Below the pieces are notes generated by a model, which made no database searches, had not been told where the DNA came from, and was given only the letters and a program-made list of their open reading frames with translations. From NCBI GenBank assembly GCA_041649715.1, contig JBAZMP010000001.1:82741-146740 (forward strand): DNA of 64,000 bases. Reading direction: 5' to 3'. The translations under genes and the position numbers were made by a program. Of this stretch, positions 49,124 through 59,471 are shown piece by piece (positions within the stretch are counted from its first letter, which is position 1; the number at the start of each line of letters is the position of its first letter). The stretch comes from Patescibacteria group bacterium (GTDB taxonomy: Bacteria; Patescibacteriota; Patescibacteriia; JAXHNJ01).

Positions 49124-49402
49124 ATGAACAAAGCGGAACTTTGCGACAAAATCGCGGAAAAAGTCGGTTTAAACAAAAAACAATGCGAAGACGTAATGGA
49201 TGCTTTTGAAGCCATTACGATTGAACAGCTGAAGGCCAACGGCGAAGTGACTCTGACGGGTTTCGGCACTTTTCTGGCCAAAAAAAGAGAAGCGAGAATG
49301 GGCGTCAATCCCCAGCATCCGGAACAAAAAATCCAGATTCCGGCCGTCACCGTGCCCAAATTCAAAGCTGGCAAGAAGTTAAAGGATTCCTTAAAAGTCT
49401 AA
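49124..49402 (+). CDS. hup: HU family DNA-binding protein
   Basis: MNKAEL, GFGTF, R.G.NP, PKFKAGK.LK. Confidence 0.96.
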   Translation: MNKAELCDKIAEKVGLNKKQCEDVMDAFEAITIEQLKANGEVTLTGFGTFLAKKREARMGVNPQHPEQKIQIPAVTVPKFKAGKKLKDSLKV

Positions 49403-49495
49403 ATTTAAGAAATTTATCAGTTTTTTAAATAAAACGAAGTCCTCTTTTTTATAGAAAGGGGATTTTGTTTTAGAAAAATATATCTACCCTTTTAA

Positions 49496-52234
49496 TTATT
49501 TTTTGACGCTTGTGTTTAGAGCAGCTTGGGCGGAGGCCAATAAGGCGATGGGGACGCGGAAAGGCGAGCAGCTGACGTAGGTAAGGCCGGCTTCGTGGCA
49601 AAAGCGGATGGTCCGGGGGTCGCCGCCGTGTTCGCCGCAGAGGCCGACTTCCAGATTCTGGCGGGTTTTCCGGCCCCTCTCCAGAGCGATTTTGATCAGT
49701 TCACCCACGCCTTTTTGGTCAAGGGTTTGGAAGGGATCATCGGCTAAAATCCCCTTTTTTAGATAAACCGGCAAAAAACTTCCTATATCGTCTCGGGAAA
49801 AACCAAAGGTCGTTTGCGTCAGATCGTTCGTGCCAAAAGAAAAAAACTCGGCCGGGATGGCCAGCTCACCGGCCAGCAAGGCCGCGCGCGGGATTTCAAT
49901 CATGGTGCCAAAAGCGTAGGTTATTTTTTTCAAGCCGAATTTTTTCAAAACATCGTGATAGATTACTTCCGTCATTGTGCGCTGATCGTCCAATTCTTTG
50001 CGGTCAGAAACCACGGGTATCATTATTTCCGGAAAAGGTTTTTTGCCTTCATTTATTAATTCCGCGGCCGCCTCAAAAATCGCCTGAATTTGCATGCGGC
50101 TTATTTCCGGGTAAGTCACGCCGAGGCGGACGCCGCGGTGACCCATCATCGGATTGGATTCGTGCAGTTTTCTGGCCCTTTTTGCCAATTCTTCTTGAGA
50201 GATTCCAAGCTCTTTTGCCAGGGCTTGCCGTTTTGCTTCTTGGCGCGGAATAAATTCGTGTAAAGGCGGATCAAGCAGGCGGATGATGACCGGATAACCG
50301 GACATGGCCAAAAGGGCGGCCTTAAAATCTTTTTTTATGAAAGGAAAAAGCTTGTTTGCCGCTTTTTCTCTTTCTTCTTCAGTACTGGCCATGATCATCT
50401 GGCGCAAAATAAAGAGCGGTTCATCTGCGCCATGCCCGTAAAACATGTGTTCGGTCCGGAAAAGACCGACTCCTTCGGCGCCAAATCCTTTGGCTTTGAC
50501 GATATCATCGGCGGTATCCGCGTTGGCGCGTATCTCTAGTTTTTTCACCCGGCCGCAAATTTTCAGGAATTCATTGAGGGTTTTGTTTTCTTCGCCCGCG
50601 TCCATCATGGCCAATTGGCCCCAATATATATTTCCCTTGGTGCCGTTTAGGGTCAGCCAATCGCCTTCTTTTAAAATTTTTCCGGCTATCCGGAGTTCGT
50701 CAGAGGCATGATCGATATGCAGGGCGGCGCAGCCGACGATGCAGCATTTTCCCCAGCCGCGGGCGACCAAGGCGGCGTGGGAGGTCATGCCGCCTCTGGC
50801 GGTCAAAATCGCTTCGGCGGCGCGCATGCCGTCCACATCCTCCGGATTGGTTTCCTCCCGCACTAAGATCAATTTCTTACCTTGTTTTTTCCCTTCCATG
50901 GCCGCCGCCGCGCTAAAAACGATCTGGCCGGCCGCGGCGCCGGGCCCGGCCGGTAAGCCGGCCGCCAACGGCTTGTTTTCCGCTTCCGCCTCCGGATCGA
51001 TTATGGGATGCAGCAATTCTTCCAATTGGCTGGGGGTGACCCGGTTTACGGCTTCTTTTATGGTAATAAGTTTTTCTTTAAGCATGTCAACGGCCATCCG
51101 GACAGCGGCCGGACCGTTTCTTTTGCCGGTGCGGCATTGCAGCATATAAAGCCGGCCCTTTTCAATGGTAAATTCGATATCCTGCATTTCATGGAAATGC
51201 TTTTCCAGGCGGTTACGATAGCCTACCAATTCTTTATAAAGTTGCGGCATGGCCTTTTCCAGAGTAAGCAGGTTTTTGTTGTGTTCCGACTTGGAATATT
51301 CGTTTAAGGGAGCGGGCGTTCGGATGCCGGCCACCACATCCTCCCCTTGAGCGTTGATCAGATATTCGCCGTAAAAACTATTTTCGCCGTTGCCGGGATT
51401 GCGGGAAAAAGCGACGCCGGTGGCGGAATCCTTACCCATATTGCCGAAAACCATGGCCTGGATGTTGACCGCTGTGCCCCATTCATCGGGAATATTTTCA
51501 ATGCGGCGGTAGGAAATCGCCCGTTTTCCCCGCCAGGAAGAAAAAACGGCTCCTAAAGCGCCCCAAAGCTGTTTTTCCGGGTCGTCGGGAAATTCTTTTT
51601 TTAATACTTCCCTGATTTTTTCCTTGTATAGAGATATCATTTTTTCCAGATCATCGGCGGTTAGATCCGTATCACTCTTGTATCCCTTTTCTTTTTTCAA
51701 GGAAGTCATTATTTTTTCCAGCTGCTTGCGGATACCCCCTTCTTCTCTTGGCTCGAGGCCAGCCGCTTTTTCCATGACGACGTCGGCATACATCGTGATC
51801 AAACGGCGATAAGCATCATAGACAAAACGCCGGTCGCCGCCCGCCTGTTTGACCAAGCCAGGGATGGTTTTTGCGGTTAATCCGATGTTTAAGACTGTCT
51901 CCATCATGCCGGGCATGGATTTGCGGGCGCCGGAACGGACCGAGACAAGCAGGGGGTTGGCCGGATTTCCGAATTTTTTGCCCACCAGTTTTTCCACTTT
52001 AGCTAAGGCTTTGTTTACTTCAGCTTTTAGGCCTTGAGGGTAGCGGCCTTTGTTTTTATAAAAATAAGTGCAGACTTCGGTGGTTACGGTGAAGCCCGGC
52101 GGGACAGGCAATCTCAAGTTTTTATGTCCGGCCATCTCTGCCAGATTCGCTCCCTTGCCGCCCAGAAGATTTTTCAGGCCTTCATGGCCGTCGGTTTTTT
52201 TACCGCCGAAAAAATAAACGTATTTTTTTGCCAT
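49496..52234 (-). CDS. ppdK: Pyruvate phosphate dikinase
   Basis: GGKGANLAEM, GGMTSHAA, FGTNDLTQ, CGEHGG. Confidence 0.98.
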   Translation of the reverse strand: MAKKYVYFFGGKKTDGHEGLKNLLGGKGANLAEMAGHKNLRLPVPPGFTVTTEVCTYFYKNKGRYPQGLKAEVNKALAKVEKLVGKKFGNPANPLLVSVRSGARKSMPGMMETVLNIGLTAKTIPGLVKQAGGDRRFVYDAYRRLITMYADVVMEKAAGLEPREEGGIRKQLEKIMTSLKKEKGYKSDTDLTADDLEKMISLYKEKIREVLKKEFPDDPEKQLWGALGAVFSSWRGKRAISYRRIENIPDEWGTAVNIQAMVFGNMGKDSATGVAFSRNPGNGENSFYGEYLINAQGEDVVAGIRTPAPLNEYSKSEHNKNLLTLEKAMPQLYKELVGYRNRLEKHFHEMQDIEFTIEKGRLYMLQCRTGKRNGPAAVRMAVDMLKEKLITIKEAVNRVTPSQLEELLHPIIDPEAEAENKPLAAGLPAGPGAAAGQIVFSAAAAMEGKKQGKKLILVREETNPEDVDGMRAAEAILTARGGMTSHAALVARGWGKCCIVGCAALHIDHASDELRIAGKILKEGDWLTLNGTKGNIYWGQLAMMDAGEENKTLNEFLKICGRVKKLEIRANADTADDIVKAKGFGAEGVGLFRTEHMFYGHGADEPLFILRQMIMASTEEEREKAANKLFPFIKKDFKAALLAMSGYPVIIRLLDPPLHEFIPRQEAKRQALAKELGISQEELAKRARKLHESNPMMGHRGVRLGVTYPEISRMQIQAIFEAAAELINEGKKPFPEIMIPVVSDRKELDDQRTMTEVIYHDVLKKFGLKKITYAFGTMIEIPRAALLAGELAIPAEFFSFGTNDLTQTTFGFSRDDIGSFLPVYLKKGILADDPFQTLDQKGVGELIKIALERGRKTRQNLEVGLCGEHGGDPRTIRFCHEAGLTYVSCSPFRVPIALLASAQAALNTSVKK

Positions 52235-52345
52235 ATTATTATTTGCACCCTTCCTTTTGATTAATTAATTGATAATTACACTTGAAAATAATTTTAAAAA
52301 AAATGCCTGGTAGGCGGGAATAATATTTAATTTTTAATAAAATTA

Positions 52346-52424
52346 TGGTGAGCGTAGAGGGATTCGCCTTGAACTACTGAAGAGTTCACGGCTGCCCCGA
52401 ACCCTTTAGTGGTTTGGGGCGAAC
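52346..52424 (-). pseudogene. CCA-bearing copy of the tRNA-Lys 3' end, interrupted in the T-loop by a 55-bp twin hairpin (52366-52420)
   Basis: TGGTGAGCGTAGAGGGATTC|insert|GAAC vs GTGAGCGCAGAGGGATTCGAAC. Confidence 0.87.
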
Positions 52425-52464
52425 TTTTCAATTCCACGTATATTTTAATATGTAATTTTTAAAG

Positions 52465-52538
52465 TGAGCGCAGAGGGATTCGAACCCCCGACACCCTGCT
52501 TAAGAGGCAGGTGCTCTAACCAGCTGAGCTATGCGCCC
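52465..52538 (-). tRNA. tRNA-Lys(CTT)
   Basis: Cloverleaf, loop CTCTTAA. Confidence 0.94.
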
Positions 52539-52554
52539 GTGAAATCTTTTTTAA

Positions 52555-52630
52555 TGGTGCGCCCGGAGGGATTCGAACCCCCAATCTTGTGGTCCGAAGC
52601 CACACATTCTATCCATTGAACTACGGGCGC
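52555..52630 (-). tRNA. tRNA-Arg(TCG)
   Basis: Cloverleaf, loop CTTCGGA, CCA. Confidence 0.94.
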
Positions 52631-52667
52631 AAGATGCTAATAATATGATCCTAATAAACAATTGTGA

Positions 52668-52753
52668 TATCTCCCGCCAGGCAAGGCGGGATCCTCGTCA
52701 ATTATCAAAATCGGAGATTTTGTAATTGACGGGACAATTTCACTACGAGGGCG
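52668..52753 (-). pseudogene. Degenerate tRNA-Arg 5' remnant with a TCCCGC...CGGGA twin-hairpin insert (52672-52734)
   Basis: TATC|insert|CAATTTCACTACGAGGGCG vs TATCCATTGAACTACGGGCG. Confidence 0.55.
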
Positions 52754-52836
52754 AGATTGTTCGTGTTAAAAATAATATCATTTTCCAACAAAAAAATCAA
52801 GGTTCTGGCTTGATGTATTCTTCGGGATAAATATTA

Positions 52837-53790
52837 TTAAGGCTTGATGCGGCCGCGGTTCGCTTCCGCGCCCAGTTCTTTATCCTCGGATTTTTCGGCG
52901 AATTGAATGGCCAGGGCTATTTGGCGGGAAATTATGTTCAGAAGGATTTGATTGTTGAAATTAAAGTCCTCTTCTTTTTTGTCGACTAAGACGATCGCCC
53001 CGATGATCTTTTGTCCGGCCTGGATTTTTACGCCAAGAGCGTTTTGTCCCAGATAGGGAAGAGAAAACTTCTTGTTGGTTTTTGATTCGGCCGCCGTCAA
53101 AAAGATATCTTCGCCGGTTTCGTGGATTTTTCCCAAGAAGGGATCGTTTTTCAATCCCAGGTTCAGATTCTTTACGGCCTGGTTGTCGCCAAAACCTATC
53201 GCTTCCTGGATGATGATTTTGTTTTCAAAAGTTTTAAAAAGGGCGAAGAAAGCTTTCTTGGCCTTGATCACGGTAAGGATGGTTTCCAGAAGTAGGGGGA
53301 GAAGGTTATAAATATTGGCGTAGGTTGAGGCGATTTTACCGGTAGAATATACAGTGACCAGCTTATTATTGGCATGATGAAGGCGTTCCGTCAGGTTGGC
53401 CACGATATTGCCGTAAATACGGTTGGCCAGGCGGGGTTCTTTGGCCGCCAAGCTCAGAAATTCTTTGCCTTCGATGGTGATTATCTCTCCCTCTTTAATG
53501 ACTTCTCCTGAATGGGTGTGCTTGAGCTTGGGATCGACCAGGGCGCTTTCCACGGCGAAATCATCCCGGTCCATATAGGCGAGTACTTCCTCTTCGTCTT
53601 TGAGATATCGGCAGATCTTTATTTTGCCGCTTAAGATGATATAAAAAGTTTTTCGGGCTTCGCCGGATTGAAAAAGCTTTTCGCCGATTTTGGTTTTTTT
53701 TATCCGACAAATAGGGATCAGGGAATCAATTTCCTGGTTTTCAAGTTTAGCAAAGACGGGTATGTTTTTTATCAATTTTGACTCCACCAT
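52837..53790 (-). CDS. Cyclic nucleotide-binding domain + GAF domain protein
   Basis: IPVFA.L, LF..GE....FYIILSG.I; C-terminal IIGAIVL.DK...FN. Confidence 0.8.
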   Translation of the reverse strand: MVESKLIKNIPVFAKLENQEIDSLIPICRIKKTKIGEKLFQSGEARKTFYIILSGKIKICRYLKDEEEVLAYMDRDDFAVESALVDPKLKHTHSGEVIKEGEIITIEGKEFLSLAAKEPRLANRIYGNIVANLTERLHHANNKLVTVYSTGKIASTYANIYNLLPLLLETILTVIKAKKAFFALFKTFENKIIIQEAIGFGDNQAVKNLNLGLKNDPFLGKIHETGEDIFLTAAESKTNKKFSLPYLGQNALGVKIQAGQKIIGAIVLVDKKEEDFNFNNQILLNIISRQIALAIQFAEKSEDKELGAEANRGRIKP

Positions 53791-53794
53791 AAAA

Positions 53795-54925
53795 TTATTT
53801 TAACATTTCCGGATTTACCATGTGGGTTAAGGCGGTCGTTTCATTAATCTGCCTTTTTTCAAAAATATTTTTGATGTCTTGGTCCATGGTGAACATGCCT
53901 TCTTCGGCGCTCGTCTGGATGGCGGTTTTGATCTGGGCGATTTTATTTTCCCGGATAAGATTGGAGATAGCCGGCGTATTGATCAGTATTTCGCGGGCGG
54001 CCACCCGGCCGCCGCTCACTCGGGGCAGCAATTGCTGGGAAATAATGCCTTTTAAGAACAAGGAAAGCTGCAGACGGACTTGGGGTTGCTGGTAAGGAGG
54101 GAAGACATCAATGATACGGTCGATACTTTGAGCCGCATTCAGAGTATGCAGAGTGGCTAAAACTAAGTGGCCGGTTTCGGCCAAAGTGATGGTGGAACTG
54201 ATCGTTTCCAGGTCGCGCATCTCACCGACCATAATCACGTTCGGGTCCTGGCGGAGCACATGTTTTAAACCTTCCGCAAAGGAGAGCATATCGGAGCCGA
54301 GCTGTCTTTGTCGGATGATGCATTTGATCGGGGTAAAAATGTATTCGATCGGATCTTCAAGAGTGACGATATGGGAAGTTCTCTCGTTGTTAATGAGGTC
54401 GATCATGGCGGCTAAAGAGGTGGATTTTCCGCAGCCGGTCGGGCCGGTGATGAGGAGTAAGCCTTGTTTTAAGCGCAGTAATTCATAAACAATGCGCGGC
54501 ATCTCCAGGCTTTCCATGCTCGGGATTTTCGTGGAGATGACGCGGGCGACCATGCCGACGTAGTTTTTTTCCCAATGAAGATTGACTCTGAAACGGGACA
54601 GGTCTTTGATTTCATAAGAAACATCAAGCTCTCTTTGATTGATGAGGGTTTCCTGGAGTTTGGGCGAGATGATGCTGAAACAAAGTTCTTCTGTGTCTTT
54701 GGGTTTAAGCACTGGATATTCATTGAGTTTTTTTAATTCTCCGTCAATGCGCAGGATGGGGGGCATATTAGCCATAATATGAAGGTCGGAAGCGCCCTTT
54801 TTTACCGCTTCTCGGAATAAATCGTCAATTTTGAGCATATTTTTTCCCTTATAGAACGTCTGGTTCTTATACCGTCGATCCAGGCGTTTTTTTATATTAA
54901 TAATGCGTTTTGTTTCTGCCTTCAT
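53795..54925 (-). CDS. pilT: Type IV pilus retraction ATPase (start may be 54838)
   Basis: ASDLH, GPTGCGKST, EDPIE, LRQDP..I.VGEMRD, ETGHLV..TLH. Confidence 0.93.
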   Translation of the reverse strand: MKAETKRIINIKKRLDRRYKNQTFYKGKNMLKIDDLFREAVKKGASDLHIMANMPPILRIDGELKKLNEYPVLKPKDTEELCFSIISPKLQETLINQRELDVSYEIKDLSRFRVNLHWEKNYVGMVARVISTKIPSMESLEMPRIVYELLRLKQGLLLITGPTGCGKSTSLAAMIDLINNERTSHIVTLEDPIEYIFTPIKCIIRQRQLGSDMLSFAEGLKHVLRQDPNVIMVGEMRDLETISSTITLAETGHLVLATLHTLNAAQSIDRIIDVFPPYQQPQVRLQLSLFLKGIISQQLLPRVSGGRVAAREILINTPAISNLIRENKIAQIKTAIQTSAEEGMFTMDQDIKNIFEKRQINETTALTHMVNPEMLK

Positions 54926-55020
54926 TTTAGAATTTTATCTGCTCCGTGTCAAACTCGCAAAAAAACAAAAAACTCAAGGTCAAAAAATCCTGAGCATTTC
55001 CGGTAATTTTCCGATAAATT

Positions 55021-56694
55021 TTAGTAAATTTCTTCCTTTTTCTCCTTATAAAAATTCATCCAGTCGTCTAGCACCTCTACCAATGTTTTGAACGGAGCCT
55101 CTATGATGAAATCGAGGAAGAAAGTGAAAATATTTATGCGCGGAGTGTTTAGGGATATCCAGCGGCCGAGCCGGATGATAGGGAGGGAGAAAAAATCAAT
55201 CAGGGAGCCGATAAAACCTCTTTTTTTGTCGATGATGATCAGCTCGCGCATCGTTTCCCGGTTTCGGATGCCGAAGAAACTGACCAAGCTCAAGAAAAGC
55301 AGGAACAAAAAGATACTGACGGCGTTGAAATGCAGATATCTTAAGAGATAGATAATGGCGCCGAATGAGATTATAAAAACAATGAAATAGAGGAAGTTAT
55401 AGATAATGTTCCAGGTTTTCCGGCGCCGGATCGGTTTTTGGAAAACCACGAAGACGAATTCTTTTTCGTCGGCGTAGATCAGCCCCCTGACCGCTTCAAT
55501 GACTTTTTCCGTATTTTGCCGGGCGGGGATGAAAATATTGGCCGCGATGAAGATAAGCAGCAGAGGATGAAAGATTATGTTGATCACCAGGGCGGAATAA
55601 TGGACGATCCCGTAAGAAAGGATATCAAAGGGTATTTCAAAAATAAAAGCCAGAATAGTCTTGGTGCAAAGGACGTAAATTACCGTGCGGGTGGTGCTTC
55701 GCATCAGCTTGGCTCTTGCTTTTTTATAGCGCTGATCGCAAGCGGCGACGATCTTCTCCCTCAAGAGCATGGGGTCGCTTAAAATCTGGTCGGCCTTGTA
55801 GGGATTCTCTCGAATGAGATCTTTGATGGTTTTTAATATAATGATGTATTTTTTGACCTGCCGGCCGAGGACACTGCCCAGCGGATGCTTGATCTGTCCG
55901 TCAATCGTCAGTTTCAAGGCGGGCAGATGGGAAGCTATTTCATCGATCAAATTTCCGTCCGCTTTATCCCAGCCCGGATAGTAAAGCTTAAAAAGACCAT
56001 AGCTGATGATAGCGTTGTCGCTTTTGGACACCGCCCGCTGGATGGCGATATAGAGTTGGGTATTCTTGGTTCTTTCGTCAGTTTCCGTTTCGTCCACGAC
56101 TACTTTATCGGAAAGAATGGAATAGGCGTATTCAGTTAAGGCCTGGTTCTCGTAGCTGGGGAAAAAATGATTTTCAATCTCCACGGAAGCAAGCTTTAAG
56201 ATCCATTCGTTCAGGATAAGGCGTTCTTCCCCCCCCTTGATATAAGCGGCCTTTTTCCTCAAGAGCAGAAATTTTTCCAGGATTTGCCGTACTTCAAAGA
56301 CCACGCTTTCCGGGACGGTGTCGTTCTTCAGATAGCCGGCCCGGACGAGCTCTACCAGCAAAGTCCGGACGTCAAAAGTCTCGATTTTGCCCTCTAAAAG
56401 CCAGCGTTTTAATATTCTTTCAATGGCGTTTTTTCGCAAGAGATGCTCGTCTGTATAGTCGATGGCCATCCGGATTTTTTCGTAAACATAGGCCATCCGC
56501 GAAACAGTGGTGGAAACGTGGATTTTCGGGATTTTAGGATCCTGCCAGTCAGAAATAAGTTTTTTCCGGAAGCCGACGATCAGCTGTTTGACATTATTCC
56601 TTAGGGGTTTCTCGCCCTCATATTTTTTCTGGTCACGGCCAAAACTAGGCTGTTTCTTTGGTTTTAGATAAAGATTATCTTTTGTTTCGCTCAT
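55021..56694 (-). CDS. Hypothetical membrane protein
   Basis: 557-aa ORF with a helical N-domain and C-terminal TM helices. Confidence 0.8.
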   Translation of the reverse strand: MSETKDNLYLKPKKQPSFGRDQKKYEGEKPLRNNVKQLIVGFRKKLISDWQDPKIPKIHVSTTVSRMAYVYEKIRMAIDYTDEHLLRKNAIERILKRWLLEGKIETFDVRTLLVELVRAGYLKNDTVPESVVFEVRQILEKFLLLRKKAAYIKGGEERLILNEWILKLASVEIENHFFPSYENQALTEYAYSILSDKVVVDETETDERTKNTQLYIAIQRAVSKSDNAIISYGLFKLYYPGWDKADGNLIDEIASHLPALKLTIDGQIKHPLGSVLGRQVKKYIIILKTIKDLIRENPYKADQILSDPMLLREKIVAACDQRYKKARAKLMRSTTRTVIYVLCTKTILAFIFEIPFDILSYGIVHYSALVINIIFHPLLLIFIAANIFIPARQNTEKVIEAVRGLIYADEKEFVFVVFQKPIRRRKTWNIIYNFLYFIVFIISFGAIIYLLRYLHFNAVSIFLFLLFLSLVSFFGIRNRETMRELIIIDKKRGFIGSLIDFFSLPIIRLGRWISLNTPRINIFTFFLDFIIEAPFKTLVEVLDDWMNFYKEKKEEIY

Positions 56695-56848
56695 TCTATG
56701 GGTTTATTTGGGAATTTAGTCCTTCTATTTAAGATTATAACGCAATCTAGTAGTTTAATCATATAACGGGTTTTTGTCAACCCCTAAAGGATTTCTTTGA
56801 GAAAAATATCTTTTCAGATGAAATTATCTTTATGGGGGCAAAGCGGAT

Positions 56849-57982
56849 TTAGCCGAACATCAGCCATTCGGGTTTTATGACCAGGAGTATGCCGATCATA
56901 AAAATCAATAAGCCTCCGATCAGCTCGGAAAATTTGCTGTATCTGGTTGAAAGGCCGGTCGCTTTGGCGGTCAGCATGGCGGCCGTAAAAATAATCATGT
57001 CGTCAATCATGAAAATAACGACATAGAAAAAAAGATAAAGATAATATTGCCATTTGGGCAACTGGTTTAAGGTCAAGATTTGGGTGTAAATCGCGGGCAA
57101 GCCGATGGAACAGGCCAGTTCAATAAGATTGACGACAAAGGCCAGGGCGATAATGCCGAAAAGGGCATAGATTATTTTTTTTGATTCCACGATCTGGTTG
57201 ATGCGGTCGATGATTTTTCTTCTTTTTTCCCCCTTTACCACCTTGCACTCTTCGGCCGTTTGTCCTCTTTTCTGCCAGTATTCTCTCAAGTAATAGGCGC
57301 CGACAAACAGGGCCAGGGCGCCGATGATTAGCTGGATTATTCGGATATAGCCGATGAAAAGGAATAAATTAAGCCAGGCGGCCATGAAGAGATAGTAAAC
57401 GGCCGCGGAGGCGCCGATAAAAGTCAGGCCGATGGCCCACATGTTTTTCCGGTTTTCTAGCCCCAAAAGCGCCCCGATTAAAAATACCAGCACCCACATG
57501 GCGCAGGGATTGAAACCGTCAATGGCCCCGACAACCAGTGTCAGGACAGGCAGAGAATATTTCATCAGGTCCACCTTACCGATCAATGGCAGTTGATAGA
57601 TCTTGCTCGTATTCGCGTTGGTATTTTGATTTGTGTTGTTGTTTTTTATCTCCGATATTTTATCTCCCAAAAAACTGATGATGGGCGCGTCGCCGACGAT
57701 ATACTGATCGCCGAGTATCAAAACCGGCACTCCTCTTTGATTATAGGGGATATTGTGTTCATCGGAGATCTGGTTGAAAAGCTTGTTATTGTTGCTGTTT
57801 GAAACTTCCCTTTTTTCGATCTGGATGTATTTATTTACGTCGTTGTCTTTGATATATTCTTCCACGTTTTTGCAGTGAGGGCAGGTGTAACTATAGAAAA
57901 AAGTCGCCTTTTCCTTGGCCTGGGAGACAAAAGGGATAAGGAGAAAAATGAATGAGCTTATAATAAAAAGCTTCTTAAACAT
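56849..57982 (-). CDS. Glutaredoxin-like domain fused to a CcdA/DsbD-like membrane domain
   Basis: CPHC, GVP, DGFNPCA, ELACS.G. Confidence 0.85.
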   Translation of the reverse strand: MFKKLFIISSFIFLLIPFVSQAKEKATFFYSYTCPHCKNVEEYIKDNDVNKYIQIEKREVSNSNNNKLFNQISDEHNIPYNQRGVPVLILGDQYIVGDAPIISFLGDKISEIKNNNTNQNTNANTSKIYQLPLIGKVDLMKYSLPVLTLVVGAIDGFNPCAMWVLVFLIGALLGLENRKNMWAIGLTFIGASAAVYYLFMAAWLNLFLFIGYIRIIQLIIGALALFVGAYYLREYWQKRGQTAEECKVVKGEKRRKIIDRINQIVESKKIIYALFGIIALAFVVNLIELACSIGLPAIYTQILTLNQLPKWQYYLYLFFYVVIFMIDDMIIFTAAMLTAKATGLSTRYSKFSELIGGLLIFMIGILLVIKPEWLMFG

Positions 57983-58654
57983 ATCAAAAATAATTATTTA
58001 TTAACTTTCTTATCTTAATCGATTATTCGATTTTTGGCAAGGCGGAGGTATTATTCAATTCCAAACAAAATAGATAAAAAACAGGGGAATCCCGAAGGAT
58101 TCCCCTTGAAGGTCAGCAGTTACCCTGCTAGCCATCTGCCGGACCTTGTCGTAGTCCTAGGTGGCGATGACCTCCGCTGCGAAACAGAACATCTTCATAT
58201 CGGCATCATTCCTTTCAAAAACCCACGTTTTGATGATGCCTCCGTAAGAGAACTTCTGCCTACGGCTGATTCGTTTTTTTAGCGGGAGCCGGGCATTGCT
58301 TTTATTTTAAGGGAAATTTGGGAGGTTGGCAAGGCGGGTTTGGTCTAAAGTTTTTAAGGTGTGGCAACTGGTGGGGTTATAAGGTATGTTTTAGGTCAAT
58401 CGTTTTAAACCCAAACTATACCCTCAGACTTTACTAGCCGCTATAACCAAACCAAAATCACAACAGAGAATATAGTTTGACCACTTCATTGTTCCTTTGT
58501 TATAATACGAGCATAAATTCTTTTTCGTTCTTTATTTCACCCAAGTCTAGACTTGGCCCTCTGGGTCGGGAGGAAACACGCGTGAAATTCAGCAGCTCGT
58601 GCCAAAACACCTCCAAACCTTTCGCCTTGGTAGGAGACGAAAGGAGAGTCTTTT

Positions 58655-59128
58655 ATGAGACTCAGAATTCCCCTAATCCTGTTTGTCTTTATTGTCACAA
58701 CGGCCCTCATGTCATCGTGCTCGTACGCCAACGCCGGCGTGCGGCCGAATCCGGTCGACATGATCACCGTCAACGGCATCGACGAGTATATGCCCACCAC
58801 GGCTGATATGCCGATCAATCTCATTACACGCGCGGAGAAATTCACTGCTATCAGGACGTCGTCCTCCGTCTTCTCACCGAAGAATGAGAAGTACAACGCC
58901 GTCATGAATGCGGTCGGGAGCCTGTCGGGTATCAACCCCGTGATTATCGGAAATGACGTCGCCGTTTCGAACGTCAATTCCACCAACACGCCGGCAATCT
59001 ACGCCAGGAACCAGATTCGCGACGGAATGCGAAGCGGTTCGAGCACGGACACGGGAGAAGCAAATCTGCCTTGGGGGATTTCCCCTGTGGTCAAAGCGGT
59101 GATCGTGCACGACACGATCATGGTCTAA
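58655..59128 (+). CDS. Hypothetical secreted protein, stand-alone cassette
   Basis: AAGGAG SD, signal peptide, terminator near 59178-59210. Confidence 0.7.
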   Translation: MRLRIPLILFVFIVTTALMSSCSYANAGVRPNPVDMITVNGIDEYMPTTADMPINLITRAEKFTAIRTSSSVFSPKNEKYNAVMNAVGSLSGINPVIIGNDVAVSNVNSTNTPAIYARNQIRDGMRSGSSTDTGEANLPWGISPVVKAVIVHDTIMV

Positions 59129-59268
59129 GGGTGATGTGCCTAAGACCTAATTGTGTCGATCGACATTTTTAATTCAGACCCCCGGTTTCCGTACAGCCGG
59201 GGGATTTTTTTAAAATATAAAATTTGTCTTGGACCTGCAAGAACTGGAACTTTTTTAGTGTAAATCGG

Positions 59269-59400
59269 CTAGTTTACATTTTCCTTTTCCTGGCCGTTAT
59301 TATTGTTTATTTCCGTACTTTGAAAACGGACCGTGGCCAAAAAACCCAAGATGCCCAAAACGATGATGATGATAAGTAGAATTATCGATTTTTTGTTCAT
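59269..59400 (-). CDS. 43-aa membrane peptide (possibly truncated)
   Basis: MNKKSIILLIIIIVLGILGFLATV...; read manually. Confidence 0.45.
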   Translation of the reverse strand: MNKKSIILLIIIIVLGILGFLATVRFQSTEINNNNGQEKENVN

Positions 59401-59471
59401 ATTATTATTATACAATAATATTATAAATAAAAAACTCCCCGAATCGGCTAGATTTCGGGGAGGGACGGGGC

